Assembly (NCBI RefSeq): GCF_038025025.1
Contig: NW_027117350.1
Location: forward strand, 310,001 to 374,000
DNA length: 64,000 nt
Direction of reading: 5' to 3'
Source of the DNA: Phyllosticta citribraziliensis
Lineage: Eukaryota
The translations under genes and the position numbers were made by a program. Under the pieces are notes generated by a model. That model saw only the letters and a list, made by a program, of their open reading frames with translations. It did no database searches and was not told the DNA's origin. Of this stretch, positions 1 to 10,760 are shown piece by piece; the first letter of the stretch is position 1, and every line of letters starts with the position of its first letter.

Positions 1-101
1 TCTGCATGATTTGACTCATGGACGAAGGTATCCCAATTAAGTTCCATGCCCAAACCTCACCAACGCCATTTGCGTGTACATCCTGTACGTCTATATGGTA
101 T

Positions 102-1224
102 CTATGCCTCGGTCGGCTGCTCTTCTCCACCCCTCAGCACAAACTCGCTCTCTCCCATCTGCTTGCCTCTTGCTTCCCATCGCGCCTTGTACTCTGCCCT
201 ACGCTTGTTGCAATTCTCGTTGAGGGCAGGCCAGTAAGCTGAGTGGTCGTACTCAAACTCGACTTCTCCGCCGTAAGCCTTCATCAACTGCGGAGGCGGG
301 ATGAAGTTGCCAAACGGCTCGTTGAACTTCATTTTGGTCTTGGTGACAGGGTCGATGAATGGCGAAATGAGCTTGAAGACGGTAGTCACGTACCATGGAA
401 CTAGGGCTGTTAGTGGTAGAGCGAACAGAGTGCTTGGAGAACTCACGCTCTGAAATCAGAGACTTTCCGTTCCTCTCCGGGTAATGACCTTGGAGAATGC
501 TAAGAACCTGCTTGCTCTGGCTCACGGGCGGGTTTTTGGCGGCGGTGCTGTTCTTGAAGTTGATCAAGAGCGCAACGCTCTCAACTCCCGGGGGCATCAG
601 GTCAATTGCCCTTTCCAACATGAAGACCAAATGATGCACCTGTCTGTCGCCCTTGTCCGTGTTTTGCTTCGATGGGTCCATGTACAGACACGGTCTGCCG
701 TCATTATCGTAGCCGAGAATGACGAGCTTCCCAGTCTCGTTTTCTTTGGAAATGTAGTCGGCAGTAAAGGCATTGGTGCCGTATTCGCGGCGCCAGACGA
801 GTGAGTCGAGGACACGCTTCTCGGCTGCAACGGCAGACGCCCATTTCACGGCGCGAAGATAGCGTAGCAAACACTCCTTTGTGAGCCACATGCGCTCGTC
901 GTCGGACAGGGGCTCCTCCTCAGCATTCTTGGCCGACGTCTTGGGCACTTTGTCCCATTTCTGCACGGCTGCCAGTAGCTCTTGGTACATTGCATCTTGG
1001 TCGGACTTCAATGCCGGAGCAGAGGCCGGTTTGCTCTGCGGAAGGGGGTGCAGGAAAGGGGTCTTGACCGGGCCGTTGGATTCGCCATTGGTGGCCATGT
1101 CGGTGGATGTGAGCGGGGCGGATGTGGAGGGATCCTGTGCTTGTCCAGACGGATCCTGTAACGTTTCTTTTTGTTCGGGAGAGGGAGAGGGAGGTGGAAG
1201 TTGGCCGGTCTCGGCGGGGGTCAT
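102..1224 (-). CDS. PDR16: CRAL-TRIO/Sec14-family phosphatidylinositol transfer protein (PDR16/SFH3-like); exons 1224-447, 400-102
   Basis: Motifs WLTKECLLRYLRA, ENETGK, GRPCLY, HLVFMLERAIDLMPPG, LQGHYPER and FKLISPFIDPVTKTKMKF. The 46-nt intron 446-401 (GTGAGT..CTAAC..TAG) restores LISELPWY. Confidence 0.9.
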
Positions 1225-1505
1225 GGTGCACTGATTAGCAGGAGGATTGTCGTGTCGCAAGCGAAATGGGGAATGTCTCGATTTGCATCGACTACGGAGG
1301 TATGTACGACTTGATTCATGAGCGGTCTGGACAGGTAGCAGCGAGTGAGGCGGACAATGAGGGCCATGGATTGGAGCAGCAGCAAAAAAGTAAGCTCCAG
1401 TCAGGGAGAGTCCCTTGTAGGTCAACGATTGGCATGCAGCGGGCTGGTCCGGGATCCGCACTTGGGAGATCCCGCCGCTTGGTGCTCGCTAAGCTAATAA
1501 CCCGC

Positions 1506-1542
1506 CCGCGCGCGTCAAGTCGCGTCGACCGTCGCGTCGACC
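1506..1542. promoter_or_regulatory. MCB-like (CGCGT) cell-cycle elements in the divergent PDR16/POL12 promoter
   Basis: Three CGCGT cores, including the direct repeat GTCGCGTCGACC x2 (1519-1542), about 55 nt upstream of the POL12 ATG. Confidence 0.6.
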
Positions 1543-1594
1543 AAACCATCACCCATCACCCAACTCGACAACACCACCGCCTTATCCGCCCACA

Positions 1595-3773
1595 ATGGCA
1601 GACCTCACGGCCGAGCTCAACGAGCTCTTCGGATCGCCCGCTGCCGAGCTGTCGCCCGATGTGCTCGGTGAGCTGCAGTCCTTGCTGCGCTTGCACTCCA
1701 TCTCGCCGCAAGAGCTGTTCTACAAATGGGAATCCTACAGCATCAAAATGGGTCCGGATACAACCTTGAACCTCAAGACTGCTCGCGACCTCAAGAAAGA
1801 CATTCAAGACACTTTAGAGAGGGACAATCGGGCAAAAGCTGCCCACGCCAAGGGGGACAAGAAGACTGCTGGTCCAGGCCCTCGCGCTGGCGCACACACT
1901 GCAGATGTTTTTGGCATGTATGCAAAACACCGCGCCCTCAACTTGGATCGACGCTGATTAGTACAGGCTGGATGGTCTTGTTCCCAACACCCCCGGAGGC
2001 GCTCGCAGCAACCTCAATGGCAACTCCAAACGAAAGTCGACCTACGATACACCCGCCTCAAAGGCAGCAAAGACACACGCCGCGAGCTCTCCCCTGACTC
2101 CGAGCGCAAAGCTACAAAACGCCGCTCCGTAAGGGACCCTCCAATATATGAAGACAACATGCTGACTTGGGATAGGCTCTTGTCCTTCGCCGACAGACCA
2201 CATGCCGGTGAAACGATGGAGACGTTAAATGCTCATATTCCGCTCCCTGAACCACCAGCCGAGTCCCCAACCGAACCACGCATCAAGCTCAAGGCCAACA
2301 CCGAGATACCCAAATTCGCCTACAAGACCATGGCAATGAAGTTGTCTGAGGCCTCCGAGATTCTTGATGACCGCATCGACGAATTCTTGCAGATAGTCCA
2401 GGAACACCATAAACTCGAGGATAGCGCTTTTGGGAATCCGGCAAGCCAGAGCACTAGCGAAATAATCGCGGTGGGCCGTATCGCTTCCGATTCTAGCGAG
2501 GGACGGCTCAACGCCGCGTCTCTTGTGCTCGAGACTTCGAGGAGAACAGGAGCAGGCCTACGGGTGCCCCTGCGGGTCGACAATCTCTCCAATTATAGCT
2601 TATTCCCTGGTCAAATAGTAGCCATCAGGGGATCCAATGCGTCTGGCTCATTCTTTCAAGCTACTGAGCTCCTCGAAATTCCTATCCTCCCGTCCTCTGG
2701 CACCACTGCCTTCGAGCTCGACATGCACAACGCACGGCTGTCTACCACATCAGACATGGACATCGATGATGGCGACAGCGCCGGCATTCGGCCACTCAGC
2801 ATTCTATCCGCCTCAGGTCCCTTTACCCCTGGCCACGTTCTCGACTACTCGGCCCTTCATGCCTTGGTCGAGACAGCCTCAACAACACGTCCCGACGTTC
2901 TCATCCTTTCTGGTCCCTTTCTCGACATAGAGCACCCTTCTGTCATCAACGGCGACTTCTCCCTCCCTGCATCTGCAATCCCTAACCCTGATAAAGCAAC
3001 CGTCAAAGACGTCTTCCGGCATTATATTTCGGCTCCACTTGTACGGCTTGCGCAGGAACATCCAACAATCACCATGATTTTGCAACCTTCGGTGCGAGAC
3101 GCCATATCCAAGCATGTGTCGTTCCCTCAAGACAGGTTCAAAAAGCCCGAGTTTGGTCTGCCAAGACAAGCCCAAATTGTTACGAATCCGGTCATGCTTT
3201 CGATCAACGAGATCACGTTTGGTATCTCCAGTCTCGACGTGCTCGATATGTTGCGCCGCGAAGAATGCGCCAGCGACAAGGCCAGAACTACCAACGCCAT
3301 GGTGAGATGGGCCTCGAGTCTCATATCGCAACGAAGCTTTTGTCCGGTGTTTCCCCCTACAGCACGGGAGGTGATGCCGACGATTGACGCAGATCGGGAA
3401 GGTGAGGTCGAGGGGGAAGGTGCCGAAATAGAGTACGTGCCGTTGGGCGCATGTCTGGATACCAGCTTCCTCAAATTGGCAGAGTGGTTGAATGTCAAAC
3501 CGGATGTGTTGATCACGCCTTCGGCACTGATGCCATTCGCCAAGGCAAGTCTTTTCCCATTGCGTGTCGTGGGCAACTCCACTAACGTTCTATCAGGTCA
3601 TCAACTCGGTTTTGGTGCTGAATCCTGGCACGCTCAGCAAGCGCAAGGGCCCCGGAACCTACTCTCGTATGACGGTCCTGCCTGCTAAAATAACGGACGA
3701 AGAGAGGGAGAAGCAAGAGCCTGTGGCACACAAAGTTTATGAGAGGGCACGGGTGGATATTGTGCATATTTGA
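1595..3773 (+). CDS. POL12: DNA polymerase alpha/primase subunit B; exons 1595-1917, 1967-2128, 2176-3544, 3597-3773
   Basis: N-terminal LFYKWESYSIKMG; AVGRIASDS, SLVLETSRRTGAGLRVPL, LFPGQIVAIRGSN, PDVLILSGPFLD, VLNPGTLSKRKGPGTY and ERARVDIVHI. Three introns join the ORFs in frame; the last has a GC donor. Confidence 0.93.
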
Positions 3774-4560
3774 GCTCGCTTCTTCCGTTTCTGGATCTTT
3801 TGGAAAAGTACGAGTCCTGGTCGATGTGGCTGAATCGATTGTTACTACATGTACTGGGGCGTTGGGTGGTTTGGCATGCAATTGATAAGCGCAGACGCTG
3901 GTGCAGTCGATTTTGGGCGTCTGATTTCCGAAGGAACGACGTAAATACCGTCCGCAACTACCTAGCACCTAGGTAGGTGTCAAAAGAAATGATGTTCCCT
4001 GACTTCATCCAGAGTACACCAATGCAGTAAATGAGCTGCAGTGCTAGGAGACACTATTGCGCTGGACGCCGGAGGTGACTAAGTACCGAATTGAGCAATT
4101 GGTAGACATGACTGGCTCATTATGTGCACTGGTCGAGTCCTTTAAGGCTGCGGTAAGATGTCTTCCTACATTCTACTTTGTGGCAGAAGTGAATTGGCAT
4201 CGCAAACTAAGGTATTGCATAGTCGGCCGGGCCGCACTGATGACCATCAACTCCGCCAGATGTTTCGGGCAGACCACTCGTTCGACTGCTGACAACTGTT
4301 TGTGGTAACTTCCCTTGATACGTGATGGAAAAGGGTCAAGTCTGTTCTAGCTCTTTCCGGTAGGAATGCTTGGAGCCGTTGATATGCCCACCCGGCACCA
4401 TAGATTGTTTCCCCACACCAAGACCTTTTCATTAAAGCCTTAGTTTTCTTCCAGCATATTTTCAAGTGATCGAGTGGTTGAAGTCGGTCTTGGACTGTTG
4501 TTGTCGTCAGGGAAAATAATTGCGCTACATAAATGTGTAAAGTAAACTTTTTTCCATCAA

Positions 4561-4645
4561 TCCATCATGGTCTAGTGGCTAGGATTTGCCGCTTTCATTA
4601 ACATAAAGCTCCGGCAAGGCCCGGGTTCAATTCCCGGTGATGGAA
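4561..4645 (+). tRNA. tRNA-Glu(TTC) with 13-nt intron (4598-4610)
   Basis: Acceptor stem TCCATCA/TGATGGA, D arm GGTCTAGTGGCTAGGAT, anticodon stem TGCCG/CGGCA with CT-TTC-A, T arm CCGGG-TTCAATT-CCCGG. Mature length 72 nt; T5 Pol III terminator at 4665-4669. Confidence 0.95.
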
Positions 4646-6496
4646 TACGCCTTCAAGGCAATTCTTTTTGCTTCAACACAAAGTTGTTTCATCAAGAGAT
4701 TTTTTTGGTGAGAAATCGGCTTCACTTTTGCACCATAGGCCAACCAAGCAAGAAAGTGGCAAGCGATATATACAGGAATGTGTAAAGAAGGCAGGAGTAC
4801 AGAGCTATTCTTTTGTTCGGCTGCGGGATAGAGTTGTGATTGGTCAACTTTTGGGGCCGAGCATTTTTCGCCAACCGAGCTAACCAGTGACCCACACGAC
4901 TTGATTTTATGGAAAGCAACTGAACTATGACAGTACTTGGAATGAAAGAGTCAACTCCGGAGTAAAGTAGACTACTATCAAGGTCATGAGAATGACAGCG
5001 GGAGAACTGACTGTTGTCTTCAACACTTGCGCTAAGTAGGTAGAGTTGGAGCTCTACTGCTGCAAAGGTTTTCAGTAGGGTACAGCCGATTGCTGCAAAT
5101 CAAACCCTTCCTCGCAGCATCTCACTTCTTACGAACCCTTGCTGCTTGCTATTCTTACTCTCAGTGTTTGTGTAGAGGAATTTACCGAAGGTTTGTCGAT
5201 GGAATTTAGTGAGAAATAACTTAGTCCCCTATAGGCTAATGGGGTCCGTGTGCCGACCGCAGCACCGGCACCCTCTTCCTTCCACATGCGACTCCACGAC
5301 CTTGTCAACACCATCTCCTGCATCCTCAAAGCACAAGCACCAAAGGCATCAGCCCTGACCGATCTCCATCTGTCGCAACGCATGTGCGCGCGGGTCATGC
5401 CGCCCGATCGGTCGCGCCGGCGTCAGCAGCTGAGCCAGCGTCGGGCGTGGCTGGCGACGGACGGGCCGCAACGCAAGATCCGGGTGTGGCTGTTTTCCGT
5501 CGCCGCTCTCGAATCCCTCCGCCTCACCGCTAGTCTCTCCTTGATGCCCGCCGCTGGTCGCTGGCCGACGACTCCTGTCAGCACGGATGGTACCGCTGCC
5601 AGCTGACCTGTGAGGTGGATGCGCCTTGGACTGCCCCGCCGTTTGGACCAAGCCGCTCGCTGCGCCAGCGCCAGCAGGAACGATGCCCAACGAGAGGTGG
5701 TGAGAGCGGCAGCCCAACTTTGCTCACTTTTGCGGGTCTACAAGGCTTTGGTTGATAGCGCCTTGTTGACATTTTGACCTCGGGATAGAAGTCTGCTTCA
5801 AGACTCGACATTGCCTCCACGGGCTGCGCGTGAAGCTTTCCGACTGTGAAGTGACAGCAGAACCAATCTGGTCAGCATTCAGGACTCGCTGCCATACGTG
5901 GTGGCTCACCGGACTGCGCCTTTTGTGTGGAGTAGAACGATCCTGATTCTCTTGGACCCTTCCCAACAACCCAACACACTCTCCTGGAACAGTAAACCTG
6001 AACTCTCCAAGTTCTTCAATCGTCGCCCTTCTCCAGTCTTGTTTTGTGTGTGAAACGACTTTTGGCACCGAGCCTCGGTTTCTGGAGCTACGCCGTCTGC
6101 TCACCCCTTGCGTTGTCCCCTTGCTAGTCTCCCTTAGCTTACCGCAGCTCGACTTCAATTTCCTCACAATGATTTGAAACAATGATTTCGCCGGCAGAGA
6201 AGACAGCGCAGCGACGCTGCAAGGCGAGAGTGCAAGATCCAGAGAGTCAACACACACAACTGCCGCTCGCAACTGATTGGACTCCGCCTTCGTCATGTCA
6301 TGGCAAGGCGTACTTATCTTGACAGAACTGCCCTTTTGCAGCCGACAGCCTGGGGGTGAGGCAGTCGTTCTGGGGATAGCTTCAGCCCCAGGACTCGTGG
6401 GCGACCACTCTGGCCCCGGCCATATATCCTGACGTCTGTCCCAGCAGCCAGCCATCCCCTTCACCCGCCAGGCGGGACGGCTGCTCAATCATCACC

Positions 6497-7845
6497 ATGT
6501 TCGCCGACTTTGATCTCGATAGCCCAGAATTCAAAGCCGAGCGCAAGAGTTATTACATTTCGACCCTCACATGCCTCGTCATTACCTTTGCGTTTGTTGC
6601 GGCAAGATGCTACGTGCGACTGGGCCTCCAGAGGCAGTTCACCGTCGACGACTACTTGATGGCGGCGGCTATGGTGAGGCTCTTTTGCGATGCGACGGTG
6701 GTCTTGCTGACTTGGACCAGGTGGCATTTATCCTCGAGGCCGTCTTTGCTCTGAGCAGCCTAAGGCACTGGGGCCACGATGATATCGACACGGAGAAAAT
6801 CAGGACATGCCTGAGGGTATGATCACCCTCCTCGCTCGCCAAATCCAGGGAACACTGTTCCAGGAAAAGGATGCTGGTTATGAGGAGTGGCAGCTAATTG
6901 TACACAGCTCTTCTCCATCGCCCAAATCATGTACGGGATGGACATTATGCTCTTTAAGCTGAGCATCGCCACGCTGCAGCTGCGCGTCATGGGATTGGTC
7001 AGCTCGGTCCGGTACGCACACTACGTTTCCATGGCTATCAACATCATACTGGGACTCTTCATGATCTTCTGGGCGCTATTCCAGTGCGTGGAGTATGCCG
7101 GTGTCAGGATTCCGTTTGCGCTGCCGTGGGATCACGCAGTCTGCCTCGGCCGCCAGGGCATCACCGTCGGCATCTATGTTTACTCTTGCGTCCATGTATT
7201 GCTGGATTGGTACTACGCGCTGGCCATGGTACCAATGATCTGGAGGTTGCAGCAGGTTCAGCGCCGCGTCAAGCTCTCGGCTTGTTTTCTACTCGGCCTG
7301 GGAATTGTGTAAGTCTGTCCGTTTGCGAGAGCCTCAAACTCAACGCCACAGCTAACCGTCCACTTCGCACCGGCAGCGCCAGCATCGCTACCATCGTCCG
7401 CTTCTACTACATTATCAAATATATGGAAGCCTTCTACGGCAGCGGGGACCTGCTCGAAAACTTTGACAAGACAGCTACCTGGTCGCTGATCGAGCAAGCA
7501 TCTGGCATATGCGCGGCGTGTTTGTACACGTTCCGTCCACTGATGCGACTCATATCGGAGTACTGCTGCTGCTGCCTGCCCTGGTGCGGCAACAAGAACC
7601 GCGCCCACGGTGCCGGCGATCACGACGACACGGGTGCCGTCTTGCCCTCATGGCGAAATAACGACAACGACCACACATGGCGCTCAGCGTCAACGGCGGA
7701 TTTGCGGCAAGAGAGCTTCGCCACGCGCACAATACTGTCCACCTCGACGGTCGCGCACTGGGACATGAATCCTGGGGCGCGCCGAGAGAATAGCTGCATC
7801 GAGTTGAAGCAAAAAGACGCGTTGAGCTTGTTGTCATCGGCATGA
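6497..7845 (+). CDS. PTH11-like (fungal rhodopsin-domain) integral membrane protein without CFEM; exons 6497-6673, 6721-6816, 6908-7308, 7377-7845
   Basis: Hydrophobic helices with family motifs FVAARCYVR, DDYLM, KLSIA, ALFQC, DW..A..P.IW.LQ, ASIATIVR and WSLIE..SGICAACL..FRPL. Three canonical introns restore the frame. Confidence 0.85.
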
Positions 7846-9845
7846 CTAAGGCTGTCGTCGCGCCGTGTCGCGACGAGAGAAAGGTACGAAGCAAGCATGT
7901 CATTTAGACCTAATGAAAGGCTGGCGCGAGATGGGCAGACTGGCAGCACAAAGCTCGAACTGGCTGTCAAAATATACATTTATCCACTGTTTCGATACCG
8001 TCGTAATCGTTTTCGCATCTGCGGCGCATCAGCGGATTCCAAGTCTAAATCTCACCATCTCTTCCCGACGGGCTCCACCCAGCATGCCGTGGGCATGTCG
8101 TGATCCAAGCAGCCACTGACACAGCCTCGTTCCCCAACCGCTCGCGAGCAAACCGTCTCCATCCTCTCGATGATGCAACAGTTGTCGGCGAGAGTCTTAG
8201 TGTGCCACGTCTCTTCGAGGCTTGGTAGAAAAGCCGTGGCACACACAATCGTGGCAGGGCCAATCAAGAAGCATTCACACGCTTCGACAGATGACTGATG
8301 GGGAGCATTCGAGCCCTGATACGCAGAGCCTCAGCATTGTGTGTGCCACGACTTTTTCTACCAAGCCTCGCTTCCAGCTGCATGCACCTCAGGCACTAAG
8401 CCTCGCCAACTATTCATTGGGATGACCAATTCGACCAACGATTGGCGCATTTTCGCGCACAGCCATATCTCTGACAGCCTTGTATCTGAGGACACCAAGT
8501 CTCATCATGCCTTAGGCAAGACGAGGTCGCTTTCAATGCGCGCGAGAACGAAACAACGCAGGGCTGGGCAGTATCGGGCAGGGCAAGAAGCGGTTGGCGA
8601 GTCGGCACTTGCGCTAGACCAAGACGACAAGACACGGCCGTTTCGCAGGCAGGGTAGGAGGTAGACGTCAACGACCGGAAGACGTCGAAAGCTTGTACCG
8701 ATCCCTAGCACGTTTGGGAAATGTTCCTGGTAACGGCGGAGGGGAGAACATGGGTCGCAAGAGCAAGACGACGCGACGCGACGACCGCTCGTAAACAACA
8801 AAGTTGACTGCGACGGGACTGTACCTCGTATACCTCCACGCCCTACGAGCCCTACGGGACTGAGCGCCCAGATAAGAGAGGGGCGTGTGCGGAAAGCAAA
8901 TAGGCTTGTTTCGCGGACAAGACTTTTGGCAACGCCAGTGCTTCTGACGATGGCTGTTGCTGTTACCCGGGCGGCGGGCTGGCGTAAACGGTACGATGTA
9001 GTCAAGATGTTGCGCCAAGGAACGGGCAGACTGCGATGCTCGACAGCATGCATGTATGTAGTTTCGACGGGCCCGAGTGGGCATACAGTGCGAATGGCTA
9101 GTCTCGGCCCGTCATGCGCAATTGACGTGAAACGCCCTGCCGCCGCTGCCGCTGTTGTGATGATGAGAGCGGTTGAGCGCTTGTCGGCGTGCCGAGCGAT
9201 ATTCGCGGAGGAATAACAACCTGACGCGCATGGTGGTGGAAGATGGGTGCCAAACGGCTGCGGCGGTTGCTGCCAAGGCCGTCGACGAGAGCATGGCCGA
9301 ATTCTAACAGGTCGTTCGACAAGGACATGGAGGTCTGGCGATGGAACCCCGAAAGGTACAGACAGACAGACACACACATGCAGCCAGCAGGCAGACGTCC
9401 GGACGGCCGTTGGACGCTCGCACGGCATCCTGGTCGCGGGGGCGGCGCATGACAAGGAAGGAAGGAGAGGCGGTGCTGGCCGCTCGCACACACCTCTCGG
9501 GCACAGGAAGCCATCCCGGCTGGCTAGGTATGTAAGGAAATCCGTGAAAAGCGCCATCATCACCACCGTCCTACCTACACACACACCCAAGGTACATACT
9601 CAAGCCGTCGCACAAGAACGGATCGTGTGGCTGCCCTGTTCGGCCTCGGCTGACGCGGGCGGCTCGCTAACGCCAAAGCATAACAGATTGAGGCGGCTCT
9701 CTGCGAGGCCCCGGCTGCGAAAGGCATCTGTGTGTGGCTAAAATTTTGTTCTGGAAGCTTACCATATATATCGTTTATGCTCTCTTTTCATATAGGGGCA
9801 GGGCGGGCGGCAGACACCGGTAACGTTCGGAGATGTGCCGTTCAA

Positions 9846-9869
9846 GCTCTTGCGCGCGCGCGCAAGAGC
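9846..9869. repeat. Perfect 24-bp palindrome GCTCTTGCGCGCGCGCGCAAGAGC
   Basis: The sequence equals its own reverse complement and contains a (GC)6 core. Confidence 0.9.
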
Positions 9870-9976
9870 CCGACAGGAAGAAAACCATCTTCTTGTCAAT
9901 GGATAAAGTGTGTGGTTGCATGGTTCCTTGACGGAATGACGACGACCCTCCTACCTGAACGAACGGACGGGCTGCT

Positions 9977-9997
9977 GGGGGGGGGGGGGGGGGGGGG
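9977..9997 (+). repeat. Poly-G tract (G21) with flanking GGG runs
   Basis: 21 consecutive G followed by TGGGCTGGGGTGGGCTCTGGG. Confidence 0.9.
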
Positions 9998-10760
9998 TGG
10001 GCTGGGGTGGGCTCTGGGCTACCTAGGCTGTGTGTGGTTTTGACAACACAACGTCGGATGGAGAGCCTTGGGCTGTGTAAGTGATGTGTTTGCAGTATTT
10101 CCTACCTGGCACCACAGCACAGCCAATACTGCTGCGCCTCAGCGCACCTCCAAGCGCGTACAGCAGCCACAGCTAGCGTAGGCGTGTGGATTGGCAGAGA
10201 GACCCTGGGTGTTCACCTCGTCGAGATAAGCCTGGGGCATTGGTGCAGGCAGGCAGGCAGGCCCCAAGGCATCTTCCGACGTCACCCATCCAACGCCGCA
10301 CGAGGCTGCTCGAGTCGGATGAGGCTTGAAATTTGACGTACTATATGAGGCTGAAGCTTCCTTTGCCACGAGCTGCCGCGTTTTCTTGCTCACGCACACA
10401 CCCACCCCCCCTTTTGTCTTTTTTGCTCTGTTGCTATTTCCAGCCAAAACGTCGACGCCAATTGTTCCCGTCTTCAGCTGCCGTTGGGCAGTGCCCCTCC
10501 CCCCCCCCCCACCGATGCCGTTGCCAAGCAGCTCTGCGTCGATCGTGCGGGTCGTGCGTTCGCCCTCCATCACCACGACCACCCGACATTGCAGAAGGCG
10601 TGGCCAGTGCCAGCGCGACAAGAGGAAGAGGTGCAAAGTCTGTAGGCAGCATGTTTCCAAGAACGGAACGAGGGCGCGTCGGTGCCTGGGATTCCCAGGC
10701 GGGCGGGCGACGAGGCTCTCCAGGCTGGCGACGACACAATGCAGCCGGTCAACAACCAAG

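Noticed and set aside
4553..4559. TCCATCA duplicate just upstream of the tRNA (possible target-site duplication)
   Set aside because: 7-nt repeat with no associated mobile element.
5250..6488. ORFs 5250-5606(+) and 5724-6488(-)
   Set aside because: No motifs, codon bias or consistent splice model; cannot be supported as genes.
8505..9590. 361-aa minus-strand ORF
   Set aside because: Arg/Pro/Cys-rich random-looking translation in GC-rich promoter-like DNA.
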